Source: Staphylococcus phage SAC. From it: a stretch of 64,000 nt of DNA. The notes beneath the pieces were generated by a model. That model was not told the DNA's origin and searched no databases. It saw only the letters and a list, made by a program, of their open reading frames with translations. Made by a program: the position numbers and the translations under genes. The stretch's first letter is position 1, and every line of letters starts with the position of its first letter. The DNA is taken from the sequence record OR234014.1, one strand, 5' to 3'. Shown here one piece after another: positions 19,384-29,551 of the stretch.

Positions 19384-19977
19384 CTATATAGAAACAATTT
19401 TCTTCATTAATAGTAACATATTATAGATTTGACTTAAATCACTATAAGTATCATCTACCAGTGTTGTACTGTACTTGAGTACTTCATTTAATTGATAATC
19501 CTCTGATTTCTTACTAAAGGTGTTAATCTCTTCAATTGTTTTATCTTTCAAGTACTCGTTTGTACTGATTGTTTTTAGTGTTTGGAAAATAACACCTAAG
19601 TCACTAAATCCTTGCTTTACATCTTTACTTGTGAAGGGTTCATCTATAGTAGGTAAACCGTACAACTTAGCTTTCTCAATAATTTTCTCATTATCTTCTT
19701 TTATTTTTTCGTTATACCATAATCCTAATTTACATTTAACAGTTTCACATTTATATAAGGTTTGGTGAGTTAACCCATAAGACACAGGTAAGCTAGAGCG
19801 TAATCTCTTTAGTTCAATATATCCAAAGTCATTACTAGCTTTATACTCGTATGCATTACTTAAAGGATACCAGTCTACTAAAGTAGAAACAGGAATATTA
19901 TCTATATGTAACTTTGCATTGTTTGTATAATTTACTGTTAAAGATGCAAACTGGTTATCTTTAATCTTTAGTTTCAT
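19384..19977 (-). CDS. hypothetical protein
   Basis: ORF of 197 aa. Confidence 0.4.
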   Translation of the reverse strand: MKLKIKDNQFASLTVNYTNNAKLHIDNIPVSTLVDWYPLSNAYEYKASNDFGYIELKRLRSSLPVSYGLTHQTLYKCETVKCKLGLWYNEKIKEDNEKIIEKAKLYGLPTIDEPFTSKDVKQGFSDLGVIFQTLKTISTNEYLKDKTIEEINTFSKKSEDYQLNEVLKYSTTLVDDTYSDLSQIYNMLLLMKKIVSI

Positions 19978-21904
19978 TATTTAATTCCTTTCTTAGTGTA
20001 GCTACACCGTTTTCTTTTACTACCGTAATTGTATTCTCAAATAAAGGTGCTAGACTCTTATTATGAGTAATAACAAAAATAGTACCTACTGTTTTTAGTC
20101 TATCTTTTAGTAGTTTAACTACGTTCTCACAACCAATAGTGTCTAGACCATCAAAGCATTCATCGTAAAGGGCTATATTTGTAGATATATCTTCTTTACT
20201 CATAATTAAGTCTTGGATAGCAAAACTAATAGCTAGGTCAATACGTTTTTGCTCTCCTGCTGAATTAGATTTGTAAGACTCTCCTCCATTGTTATTCTTA
20301 ACAATAACATCGAACTTATCTTTAAGTTCTCCCTTAGCATTTTCTACTTGTGTTTGAAATTCAATTTCGATATCCGAACCCGCTAATATTTGTAAATACT
20401 CATTAGCTTTATCATTTAAGAACGGTGTAATAAAGTCTAATATTACAGAACGTAATCCTTTATTACTAAATGCATCTACAGCTTGTTTATATTTTGTTTT
20501 CTTACTCTCTAATTGTACTATATTTTCCTTATGTTTGTCAATAGTATTGTCAATATCTTTTAGTTCTTTATTGTGTAATTCTTCATTAGGTTCTTCTATA
20601 TAAGAGTAATCATTTAATATTGGTTCTTTTAAATTAGCTTTAGTGTTTTCTAATTGGCTAATTTCATCATATACTTCTTGCTGTTCTCTGTATTGCCGTT
20701 GAATATCATCATCATGTTTTTTCTTTTCTATATCTTCTTGCTGTATAAATTGTTGTAATTCTTTAGATTTAGCTAGTAGCTCTTCTTTCTTATTAATTAT
20801 AGTCTGCTCATTATGTTCGTACTGAGATATTTTAGCTTGTTTTTCTTTAATTTGTAATTCTAAGTTTTCTTTTTCTTTTATTTTGTGTGTATTATCTATA
20901 GGAGAACCACAAACAGGACAATGGTCATTTGTATCTAGTTTATTAATAGATTGTTTTAATTGATTAATTATATTTAGAGTTGTATTCTTATTTGTTGTTT
21001 CTTGACTCAATAATGGCAATAATTTATCATTAATATTTGTGTTAATCTTTTCAATACCTTGGTTAGCTTTTGTATAATTTTCACTAAATACAAATTCAAA
21101 GTCTTCAACTTTAGGAATACTACCTTTACATACACCAATCTGATTGTCTAAATCTTTTAATTTATTCTCGTACTCTTGTTTCTTTTGATTAAACTGTTCC
21201 TCTTCTTGCTTCTTACGCTCTAATAAGTTATTATATTTATTTACTTCATTATTATATTGTTCTTGTTTTAGGTTTCTTTTATATTCTAGTTTTTCTATTT
21301 CTTGTTGTTCTTTACTTTGTTTCTCCTCTACTTCTTTAACTTTTTCTTTAGCTACTTCTTGGGCTTGCTTATAAATATCAGTCTTAGTAATAGATTCTAG
21401 TATTTCTTTTTTACCTTTGTCGGTAGCTTGTGAAAACATAGGAATGTCTCCTTGACCATATATAATAGCATTTACATATGTATTAAAAGGAATACCAAAT
21501 AACTCTTGTATTTGAGTATCCGTAACATCATTTGTAGAGCCTGTTATCTCTTTGTTATTACAGAACAGCTTAACCTTGTTCTTGTGTTCCTTGTGTTTAC
21601 GATATCTTTCGATTAAATACTCGTCTTTACCTATGTTGAAAGAAAGCTTAACGTAGGTGTCTTTCTTCTTATACTTATTAACAACATCATCTGCCTTTAA
21701 ACCTTTCTCAGTCTTTCCGAACAGTGCATATGTGATAGAGGATATCATGCTTGTTTTACTTGTTCCATTACTTTCAAAACTATCATTTGTTTTATTAATA
21801 CCTTCAATAAGTACAAGACCTTGCTTATCCAGATTTAGCTTGATATGCTCAATAGCTAAAAAGTTATTCATCTCTACATAATTAAACTTAACCATTTGTA
21901 CCAC
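19961..21904 (-). CDS. sbcC: SbcC/Rad50-like recombination ATPase
   Basis: N-terminal Walker A (GINKTNDSFESNGTSKTS). Long coiled coil with a CPVCGS zinc hook. C-terminal signature and Walker B (LYDECFDGLD). Confidence 0.7.
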   Translation of the reverse strand: MVQMVKFNYVEMNNFLAIEHIKLNLDKQGLVLIEGINKTNDSFESNGTSKTSMISSITYALFGKTEKGLKADDVVNKYKKKDTYVKLSFNIGKDEYLIERYRKHKEHKNKVKLFCNNKEITGSTNDVTDTQIQELFGIPFNTYVNAIIYGQGDIPMFSQATDKGKKEILESITKTDIYKQAQEVAKEKVKEVEEKQSKEQQEIEKLEYKRNLKQEQYNNEVNKYNNLLERKKQEEEQFNQKKQEYENKLKDLDNQIGVCKGSIPKVEDFEFVFSENYTKANQGIEKINTNINDKLLPLLSQETTNKNTTLNIINQLKQSINKLDTNDHCPVCGSPIDNTHKIKEKENLELQIKEKQAKISQYEHNEQTIINKKEELLAKSKELQQFIQQEDIEKKKHDDDIQRQYREQQEVYDEISQLENTKANLKEPILNDYSYIEEPNEELHNKELKDIDNTIDKHKENIVQLESKKTKYKQAVDAFSNKGLRSVILDFITPFLNDKANEYLQILAGSDIEIEFQTQVENAKGELKDKFDVIVKNNNGGESYKSNSAGEQKRIDLAISFAIQDLIMSKEDISTNIALYDECFDGLDTIGCENVVKLLKDRLKTVGTIFVITHNKSLAPLFENTITVVKENGVATLRKELNNETKD

Positions 21905-22154
21905 CTTCTTTTAACAATTTAAAGAAACATTGATGTGAACCATAATCTAGAATATAACAATCTTCTTGTTCAATAACCCTCGTATAATAATGAGCGTAGT
22001 TAGCTTCCTCTAGTACTTTGTTAATAAGGTACATCGCATCATCAATATTTTTAACATTACATACATCATATGTTCTTTTATTATGTAAGAACTGTAAAAT
22101 AGGTTTAGATTTATCTATACTTGGTTTAATATTCTTTATAATAATATCTATCAT
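21888..22154 (-). CDS. hypothetical protein
   Basis: ORF of 88 aa. Confidence 0.35.
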   Translation of the reverse strand: MIDIIIKNIKPSIDKSKPILQFLHNKRTYDVCNVKNIDDAMYLINKVLEEANYAHYYTRVIEQEDCYILDYGSHQCFFKLLKEGGTNG

Positions 22155-22155
22155 A

Positions 22156-23187
22156 CTACAACACCGCCTTTAAACACTCTAGAAGCTCATCTTTTGCTTC
22201 TGGATAGTATTTGTCTGCATAACTAGAAGTAATCGTTATAGGGCTGTCAGACACGTCAGCGTCGACTCTCTTTTCTACCGTGTATTCTTTCTTCATTTGT
22301 ACTTGTACATTAGATTCATCTTCTGTTTTATCTAATTCAATTACTTTAGCTTGTTCTGGAGTACCAATAAACCTAATAAAGTGACCTTGGTTTACTAAAT
22401 CATTCATGTTATCTGGTACATTGTCACCTTGCACTGTAATAAACTTTCTAGTATCTAATGGAATGAACGTTGATGTTAGCTTATCTGTATCTATTAAATG
22501 TACACCATTAGCTTCTTGTTCATCTGAAAAGGATTGTTGCATTAGAGAACCACCATACATATGATTAGGGTTATTGTTTAAATATTGTCTTCTATGATAG
22601 TGACCAAGAAGAATAAAATCATATTTTTCTGGTAATAGGTCTTGGTAACCAAATGCACCTTCTAATCTGTGTGAGCCTTTACCTGTTAAACTATTCTCTA
22701 CGCCTAAATGTGCTACTAATATATTTACTTTATCTTTTTGGTAAGATTTTTTAATATACTCCTTAATTTCTTCTGTTTCATCTCCATAAGCACACATAGT
22801 TAATTGTACTTTACTAGAAAGTGAGTCACTACGTAAATCTTTAGTTACTTCCACATTAGGTAATGTTTCAAAGATATCAATACTAGATTCCGTATATAAA
22901 GAATTAGACACAGCATCATGATTTCCTCTAACCATATATACTTTAACATCTTGATTCTTAGCAAAGGTTTCAAATACCTTATTATATACTCTAGTATCTA
23001 CCGCATTTCTCTTATGGAATAAATCTCCTCCAAATATAACTTTAGCTTTATTTTCTCTAGCTAAATCAAATACTTTTTGTAATGTCTCAATTTGTTCTTT
23101 AAATCTATCATTACCATATTCTTCATCAGGTTTACTATAATTCGTAAACATATGAAAATGGCTATCTGTAAAAAATATAAATTTCAT
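22156..23187 (-). CDS. sbcD: SbcD/Mre11-like nuclease (calcineurin-like phosphoesterase)
   Basis: FFTDSHFH, GGDLFH and VRGNHD metallophosphatase motifs. Confidence 0.7.
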   Translation of the reverse strand: MKFIFFTDSHFHMFTNYSKPDEEYGNDRFKEQIETLQKVFDLARENKAKVIFGGDLFHKRNAVDTRVYNKVFETFAKNQDVKVYMVRGNHDAVSNSLYTESSIDIFETLPNVEVTKDLRSDSLSSKVQLTMCAYGDETEEIKEYIKKSYQKDKVNILVAHLGVENSLTGKGSHRLEGAFGYQDLLPEKYDFILLGHYHRRQYLNNNPNHMYGGSLMQQSFSDEQEANGVHLIDTDKLTSTFIPLDTRKFITVQGDNVPDNMNDLVNQGHFIRFIGTPEQAKVIELDKTEDESNVQVQMKKEYTVEKRVDADVSDSPITITSSYADKYYPEAKDELLECLKAVL

Positions 23188-23217
23188 TAGTGTCCTCCTT
23201 TAGTACGTTATGATAAA

Positions 23218-23246
23218 AGTATAACCCTTAACAAACATGTTGTCAA
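23218..23246 (-). promoter_or_regulatory. sigma-A-type promoter TTGACA-N17-TATACT upstream of sbcD
   Basis: Reverse complement reads cccTTGACAacatgtttgttaagggtTATACT. The -35 and spacer region is palindromic. Confidence 0.5.
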
Positions 23247-23256
23247 GGGTTTTGTT

Positions 23257-23946
23257 TTAATTTGTATTATTTAGTAATCTATCTTGTGCCATACTGAAGT
23301 ATTCTTCTGATAATTCACAACCAATAAAATTCCTATTTAACTTTTTACATGCGACACCTGTTGTTCCGCTTCCCATGAAGCAGTCTAGAACAATGTCTCC
23401 TTCATTAGTTAAGCACTCTAACAACCATTCCATAGCATATAAAGGTTTCTGTGTTGGGTGTCCTTTGCCCTGCTTTTCACTTCTAGGTGTTACACTTGTT
23501 TTAATACAAGGTCTTTCATATTTTTCATCTAAACGGTTAAAAGTCCATTTAGCTCCTTTTTTAACAAAATAAAGAGCAAATTCAGTATCAAAAATAAATC
23601 GTCTATCCCTATTACGAGGCATAGGGATAGATTTTTTCAGACGAATAACATCTTTAAATTCACAGCCTAATTCTTCCATAGTATTAATGATGAGTGTGAA
23701 TTGTCTCATGTCACAAAACACAACGATATTACCACCTTTTTTAACTTTTGGTATAGCTTTATTAATCCATAAAGTAGCTTCAAAATTTTTATCCCATTCC
23801 CCAAAATCAATACCAGCTCTACCCATAGTTGTGAACCTGTTCTCTTTTGCAATATTGTATGGTGGGTCTGTGATAATAGCATCTACACTACTATCTTCAA
23901 TTGTATCTAATAACTCTAAGCAATCCCCCTGTAATAATTTTATCAT
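23257..23946 (-). CDS. DNA methyltransferase (N6-adenine/N4-cytosine, beta class)
   Basis: DPPY (motif IV) lies N-terminal. FMGSGTT (motif I) and GHPTQKP lie C-terminal. Confidence 0.7.
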   Translation of the reverse strand: MIKLLQGDCLELLDTIEDSSVDAIITDPPYNIAKENRFTTMGRAGIDFGEWDKNFEATLWINKAIPKVKKGGNIVVFCDMRQFTLIINTMEELGCEFKDVIRLKKSIPMPRNRDRRFIFDTEFALYFVKKGAKWTFNRLDEKYERPCIKTSVTPRSEKQGKGHPTQKPLYAMEWLLECLTNEGDIVLDCFMGSGTTGVACKKLNRNFIGCELSEEYFSMAQDRLLNNTN

Positions 23947-24194
23947 TATTTTACTCCCTCTTCACTAATTTCTATAACATCATGATTAGCAAACTCCTGT
24001 AATTTAAACATATGATTGTCATTAATCTCATTTAGTAGCTTACTTGAATAAAAATGTATCAATTCACATACCTCATCTGTGTAAGGCTCTCCTCTTAATA
24101 TATCTTCAAGGATATCCATTGCTTCTTCCGTATCTACCTTTACGTGTCTTAAAAATTCAGTCTTATCTTGTAGTTCCTGTATTGTCATTTTCAT
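23946..24194 (-). CDS. hypothetical protein
   Basis: ORF of 82 aa. Confidence 0.35.
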   Translation of the reverse strand: MKMTIQELQDKTEFLRHVKVDTEEAMDILEDILRGEPYTDEVCELIHFYSSKLLNEINDNHMFKLQEFANHDVIEISEEGVK

Positions 24195-24645
24195 TGTTTA
24201 GTATCTCCTTATGTTTTTCTATTCTTTCACTGGCTAAATTATAGTATTCTTCGTCTAATTCAAAACCAATGTAATTGCGGTTAGTACTCATACAAGCAAT
24301 AGCAGTAGTGCCACTACCAATAAACCCATCTAAAACCACATCTCCTTTATTACTATGCTTCATAATACATTGTTTTATTAAATCTAATGGTTTTTCATTT
24401 TGGTGTAATTGTTTTTTACCACTTACCCTATCAAATTCCCATACATCAGTTAATCTTCTCCCATTAAAATGTTTTTTGCCCTTTACTACTAAAAATAAGA
24501 TTTCGTATTTTCTACCAAAAGAACCTTTTAAATCTCCTGCTGTATGATTGTTTTTTACCCATATAATCATATTTTTTATTTTAAATTTCTTCTCTAATTG
24601 TTGTTTAAAAAAATCTACTTTCTCTGATGAGCAGAACATATACAT
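24163..24645 (-). CDS. truncated DNA methyltransferase paralog lacking the catalytic DPPY motif
   Basis: Aligns to the C-terminal two thirds of 23257-23946 (MIIWVK, HQNEKPLDL, FIGSGTT). A stop codon lies immediately upstream of the ATG. Confidence 0.5.
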   Translation of the reverse strand: MYMFCSSEKVDFFKQQLEKKFKIKNMIIWVKNNHTAGDLKGSFGRKYEILFLVVKGKKHFNGRRLTDVWEFDRVSGKKQLHQNEKPLDLIKQCIMKHSNKGDVVLDGFIGSGTTAIACMSTNRNYIGFELDEEYYNLASERIEKHKEILNNENDNTGTTR

Positions 24646-24649
24646 AGCG

Positions 24650-24886
24650 CTAGTGTTTAATTTTATTGTTTGTTAATTCTAACTCTATAATACTTCTTTT
24701 AGGCTTAATATTAAACAATTTACAACCATACTTATCTATTACGTAATTATCCAATGTATTAAATATATCGGTTGAGACATCCTCTAACTCCTTTTCAGAG
24801 TACTTTGTGTTTATAGTCTCTATAAATCCGTGCTTATTAATGACTTTAAAGTTTTTTAATTTTACTTTTGCTTCATTTAAGTTCAA
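24650..24886 (-). CDS. hypothetical protein
   Basis: ORF of 78 aa with an RBS. Confidence 0.35.
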   Translation of the reverse strand: MNLNEAKVKLKNFKVINKHGFIETINTKYSEKELEDVSTDIFNTLDNYVIDKYGCKLFNIKPKRSIIELELTNNKIKH

Positions 24887-24917
24887 ATCTTACCACCTCT
24901 TTATTGTTTATAATAAA

Positions 24918-24946
24918 AGTATAAGCCTTAACAAATACATTGTCAA
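24918..24946 (-). promoter_or_regulatory. sigma-A-type promoter TTGACA-N17-TATACT (repeat of the 23218-23246 element)
   Basis: Reverse complement reads gccTTGACAatgtatttgttaaggctTATACT. Compensatory C/G to G/C change in the palindrome relative to the copy at 23218. Confidence 0.5.
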
Positions 24947-24955
24947 GGCTTTTTC

Positions 24956-25213
24956 TCAATTTTTTAACTTATATTCAATTGCTTTAATTACTTCTTGATG
25001 TGTATTGCAAGGTATAGCAGGTACTTTATTAGACATAACGTTGTACTTATATCCTGTTGTATTATTCCTTGCTATAGAGTCTAGTAATGTAACACATACA
25101 TTAGTTCCTTTTAATTGGAAGGTTCTTAATCCTGTATTTGTATAATCCCATTCTGCTTTATTACGTGTAAATGTTCTACGTACTTTTTTATAAAGCTTAG
25201 TAAAGTCATCCAT
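24956..25213 (-). CDS. hypothetical protein
   Basis: ORF of 85 aa. Confidence 0.35.
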   Translation of the reverse strand: MDDFTKLYKKVRRTFTRNKAEWDYTNTGLRTFQLKGTNVCVTLLDSIARNNTTGYKYNVMSNKVPAIPCNTHQEVIKAIEYKLKN

Positions 25214-26661
25214 TAAAAACTCAGCCCTCCAAAAGAATTATTAATAGCTTCAGCTTTATTAGGTTTTTCTTTAAATCTACTTTTATCTTCACCATTAAGT
25301 TCCGCTAGTATTTGCTTATGTTCTTCTGCCTCTTCTGGTGTTTCATCTCTAACAACCATTTTAGTAGGCTCTACTTTAAGATTAACAAATCTCTCACCTG
25401 TGTTTGAACTGTTTCTTACTTTGTCTAAGTACAATCTTAAAAAACCATTTTTAAATTCTTCATCTTTTTGGTTAACGGCAAAAGCAACCTCTACAGCATT
25501 GACAATCTTTCTACTTCCCTCAACATGTTCACTTGTAATAATTTCTGAACCATAAGCTGTTCTGTTTGTTTGTGCTAATGTCCAACAAACAAAATTGTAT
25601 TCTTGTGATAATTTTCGAATATCTTCAAAGATACGACCACCAGCATCTGATTCACTTTGATACTTAAGGTAAGGGTTACGCATAAGTTTAGGATAATCAA
25701 TAATAACAACATCTATATGCTTATCTTTCTTAATTGTTGTATTAATTATAATTTGTTCTAATTGGTTTGGTGTTACCTCACCAGGCATATGTTTAACGAT
25801 ATAAAAGTTACCTAGCAGTTGTCTATTCTTTTTATAATGTTCTTGTATCTTATTATAAGCATCTGTGTTTAAAGATAAGTCACCATTAAGTAATTGATTC
25901 TTTTGTACACCTACCATTTGTTGTTCCGCTCTTAATACCATTCTATCCATCTTTTCCTCTAGGGCAATATATAAAACATTTAAACCTTGTTTAACATAGT
26001 TCTTACCTAAATTACTTGCCATAAGAGACTTACCTCTACCTGTAGGTGCGATAACTAATCCTACTTCCCCTCTACCTATACCACCTTCAATTTGCTGGTC
26101 TATAGAATGGAAACCTGTAGAGTACTTATTAATACTTAAGTTGCTTAATAGTTCTCTCTTTTTATCTACGTCTTCAAAGAAGTCAATAAATTCTCCGTCA
26201 GTACCATTAATGTCACTGACTTCTATTTGTTTTAGTTTCTCTACTAGTTCAGGTAAGTTATCTGAGTCCTCTTGCTTATTCTCAGCTATGAACTTAACTA
26301 ATACTTCTTTAGACATTTCTGTTTTAATATACTTTTCTACTTCATAGTTTACAGAATCGTCTTTATTATTCATGTCTACTGTATATAAGCTATCTAAATA
26401 TTTTAATGTTTGTGTTACTTTTTCATCATCTTGTTTATCACTACCCATTAATTGCTCTACTTTAATAGCTAAAGATTCATTTGACATTTTATCAGCAATG
26501 TGTGCTGTTCTTTTTATAGCTGTGAATAAGTAACCCATGTTTTCCGATTCTGTAGCAAATAGACTTTTAGGTAACTTATCTAGTACTTCTCTTGCAAAAT
26601 GTATATCCTTCATAGACTTATGTAGGATAATCTCCTTAATTCGTTTACTCATATGTGTCAT
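25213..26661 (-). CDS. DnaB-like replicative DNA helicase
   Basis: RecA-fold C-terminal domain with Walker A (GLVIAPTGRGKS), preceded by a DnaB-like N-terminal domain. Confidence 0.6.
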   Translation of the reverse strand: MTHMSKRIKEIILHKSMKDIHFAREVLDKLPKSLFATESENMGYLFTAIKRTAHIADKMSNESLAIKVEQLMGSDKQDDEKVTQTLKYLDSLYTVDMNNKDDSVNYEVEKYIKTEMSKEVLVKFIAENKQEDSDNLPELVEKLKQIEVSDINGTDGEFIDFFEDVDKKRELLSNLSINKYSTGFHSIDQQIEGGIGRGEVGLVIAPTGRGKSLMASNLGKNYVKQGLNVLYIALEEKMDRMVLRAEQQMVGVQKNQLLNGDLSLNTDAYNKIQEHYKKNRQLLGNFYIVKHMPGEVTPNQLEQIIINTTIKKDKHIDVVIIDYPKLMRNPYLKYQSESDAGGRIFEDIRKLSQEYNFVCWTLAQTNRTAYGSEIITSEHVEGSRKIVNAVEVAFAVNQKDEEFKNGFLRLYLDKVRNSSNTGERFVNLKVEPTKMVVRDETPEEAEEHKQILAELNGEDKSRFKEKPNKAEAINNSFGGLSF

Positions 26662-28231
26662 CCTTTACTATATCAATAACCTTATTATAGTTCAACATAC
26701 CTTCTTTTGTCAATGGTATTTTATCAATTAAATTATATTTTTCAATTATAGACTTAACTTCTTTTAAATTAACCTCATAACCTAAGTAATTACTATACAT
26801 TTGTAGAATATATGATGTTGAAGTAAATCTTCTCATATGTAGATAATTCATTGTTGTTTGTTCTATATTTACAATATCTTGTTTACTTAAGTCTGTAGTG
26901 TTTACTAAACTTATACCTATTAAGTCTCTTCTATCTATACCACCATTTAATTCTGCGATATTTGCTTTATACTCTTTTTGCATTAAAAACATAGATAGTC
27001 TAGCATTGTTAGGTATTGTAGTAGGTGAATACTCATTTACAATACATTGTTTAATAAATTTATTTAATAAGTTTTTATGTTTACTAGGTAATTTTTCTAT
27101 TAGATGTTCTATATATTTATTATATGATAAAAGTATAATATGTTTCATGCCATTAAATATACCATAAATAGTATCTTCTATATCTAAAGCTGTTTTAAAC
27201 ATTGTATCAATATCATGTATCTCTTCATTTAAAGGTGTTGTATATAATTGATGTAATTGTGCTACAGCAGGATTTAATAGGTAATCAGATGACTTAATTA
27301 AAGACTCTACTTCCCCAATTTGTCTATTTGTTTTATTTACACCTCGTTTAATACCTTTTACATAATTTTCATAATTAGTTAGATATTTATCTGAACTAAA
27401 AAAGTTAGGTGCAGGTATAGGATAAGGTTGTGTTTTATTCTCAAACCCAAATGTGGTATTCTTAAAAACATTTTGCATATATTTAAAAACATTAATGTTC
27501 TTATCTTTTATCTTTAAGTAAAAGTTGTAGAATGTATTAAATGTCTTACTACCAAAGAAGTCTTTACAAATACTATCTCGTGATAAATTCTGTAACATTT
27601 TCTTTCTGTAGTACTCAGATAAATGCTTATGTCTATCTACGTCTTCATTACCATTTGATAATGTTAAATGTTGTATATATTTAGCATTCATGTGTGCTAT
27701 AGCATATTGGTCATATAACTTACATAAGATATAAGATTTATAAAAACCCTCGGGGTCATAAGACATATTAAAAATATCTTTAGTAGGGTAAGGTAAACTA
27801 CTATTATAAAAATTCATATCTGATATTATTTTCCTGTTTTTATCTTTACTAGCATTATATTGAACCATTTCTAGTTTTGTTCTACGTTTATTTTCTTTTC
27901 TTTCATATACGTAGCTAGGAAAAAATCTATTTCGTAATTCAGTAGCGTATTCTAGATTAGAAGTAATAACATTGTCATCTGTATCATTAAAATGTAAGAG
28001 ACTATCTGTATCATAGTCTCTTACTAGTGATATAACAATACCACCTTTATTTCCTCTTTTAGAAACAACATTAATTTTGTTATCCTGCTCTAATCTTTTA
28101 AGGTTTTTAGATAAAGTAGAGACTGAGACATCTAGCTCTTCTGCTAACTCTTTTTTAGTAGCTATTTGATAAGTATTATTTTTTGATTTTTTTTCAATGT
28201 AATCATATAATCTTCTTTCTGTCTTAGTCAC
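26645..28231 (-). CDS. replication initiator (Rep)-like protein with an N-terminal wHTH
   Basis: The N-terminal winged-helix region (ATKKELAEELDVSVSTLSKNLKRLEQDNKI) resembles MarR/Rep HTH domains. It sits between two helicases. Confidence 0.4.
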   Translation of the reverse strand: MTKTERRLYDYIEKKSKNNTYQIATKKELAEELDVSVSTLSKNLKRLEQDNKINVVSKRGNKGGIVISLVRDYDTDSLLHFNDTDDNVITSNLEYATELRNRFFPSYVYERKENKRRTKLEMVQYNASKDKNRKIISDMNFYNSSLPYPTKDIFNMSYDPEGFYKSYILCKLYDQYAIAHMNAKYIQHLTLSNGNEDVDRHKHLSEYYRKKMLQNLSRDSICKDFFGSKTFNTFYNFYLKIKDKNINVFKYMQNVFKNTTFGFENKTQPYPIPAPNFFSSDKYLTNYENYVKGIKRGVNKTNRQIGEVESLIKSSDYLLNPAVAQLHQLYTTPLNEEIHDIDTMFKTALDIEDTIYGIFNGMKHIILLSYNKYIEHLIEKLPSKHKNLLNKFIKQCIVNEYSPTTIPNNARLSMFLMQKEYKANIAELNGGIDRRDLIGISLVNTTDLSKQDIVNIEQTTMNYLHMRRFTSTSYILQMYSNYLGYEVNLKEVKSIIEKYNLIDKIPLTKEGMLNYNKVIDIVKDDTYE

Positions 28232-28240
28232 TACCCATAC

Positions 28241-29551
28241 CTACTTTCCTAATTCTTTAATTTCAAATTTTTCTTCTTCATATATTTTTCTACGCTCATT
28301 AGAATGTTTATATAAAAACTTATGTGTCATATCATTAAAATCAAATATCTGTGTTGTATTATCTTCTTTCTTTTTACGTAACGCACGACCTACACGTTGT
28401 AGTGTTTGTCGTAAAGATTTACCACCTGCACCTAGGATTAATGAACGAATACCACTGATATCAACACCCTCATCAATAAGGCTTGTAGCAATCATAACTT
28501 TAAGTTTACCATTACGCATTTCATCTAACTTTTGTTTACGCATATCCGACTCTATTTCACCATGTAAAAAGAAATTCTCTACACCCATTTCATTCAACAT
28601 AGTGGATAGTATTTCACCATGCTCAACAAAATTAATAATAATAAGCGTAGCTTTATCTTGATTATACCACTTAGCTGTTAGTTTTGCAATAAGTTTATTT
28701 CTAAACTCGTTATGTACAATACCTTTATTATATGCATCCCTGTAATCCTTAATATTATCTATATCATCAGGGTTAGCAATAGGGATAATATTTATTGTAG
28801 GTCTAGCTGAATAGCCATTCTCGATTAAAAACTCATTAGATGTTCTTACAATAATATCTCCGAATAATGCTTGCATACGCATCCATAGTAGCTCATCTTT
28901 CATGTCTATGGAGCCTGTTAGTGCTATCCTGTATAGTGCATTCTCACAGGACATTAAACTTGTATACCATGAATCTGATTTACTGTGATGTGCTTCATCA
29001 ACTATCATTACAGCTATAGAGTCTAGGAACTCACGCATTTTATGATATTTATCATAGCTCTTTTGATTTTTCTTTCTTACTTCTTTTTGGAAAATAACAT
29101 TATGATTGTTTAATGCCATTAATACTTCAGCATCCGTCTTTGAATTATGATAAATATCTTGAAGTATATCAAGCACATTCTGCTCTACTTTAGTTTTAGG
29201 TGTTGTACTTTCTAATAATAACTTAAGTAACCTTTTTTGATTTTTACCACCTTCAAATTTAGGAAGTATCTCTTTAGCTATCTTTTTACTTAAGTTTACT
29301 TTAGCAGATACTTTTACTCCTTCTGTAGGGTCTTTTAAGTTAGAGTTAACAGTAGGAATCATAACTACAGTTACTTGTTTAACATCAAACTTACCAGAAC
29401 CTACTTTACCTACTGATATATTCAATCGTTCACTTAAACGGTCAGCAGATTGATTAAAAATCTCAGTAGAACTTGTAAAAAAAGCTACACGCTCTCCTTT
29501 TTCTAGTTGTGGTAATAGTTGGTCTATGATACCGCTAGCAACCTCTGTTTT
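28241..29551 (-). CDS. SF2 (DEAH-type) DNA helicase, exon 2 (begins KTEVASG...)
   Basis: DEAH box (MIVDEAHHS) and helicase-C motif (QRVGRALR). The annotated TTG start codon is the end of the intron (omega-G at 29552). Confidence 0.7.
   Translation of the reverse strand, partial: KTEVASGIIDQLLPQLEKGERVAFFTSSTEIFNQSADRLSERLNISVGKVGSGKFDVKQVTVVMIPTVNSNLKDPTEGVKVSAKVNLSKKIAKEILPKFEGGKNQKRLLKLLLESTTPKTKVEQNVLDILQDIYHNSKTDAEVLMALNNHNVIFQKEVRKKNQKSYDKYHKMREFLDSIAVMIVDEAHHSKSDSWYTSLMSCENALYRIALTGSIDMKDELLWMRMQALFGDIIVRTSNEFLIENGYSARPTINIIPIANPDDIDNIKDYRDAYNKGIVHNEFRNKLIAKLTAKWYNQDKATLIIINFVEHGEILSTMLNEMGVENFFLHGEIESDMRKQKLDEMRNGKLKVMIATSLIDEGVDISGIRSLILGAGGKSLRQTLQRVGRALRKKKEDNTTQIFDFNDMTHKFLYKHSNERRKIYEEEKFEIKELGK

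Noticed and set aside
23205-23250. Hairpins at 23225-23250 and 24925-24950 as rho-independent terminators
   Set aside because: On the transcribed (minus) strand they are not followed by a T-run. Instead they contain perfect -35/-10 hexamers with 17-nt spacing and are followed by an RBS and ATG. They are reinterpreted as promoters with a palindromic -35 region.
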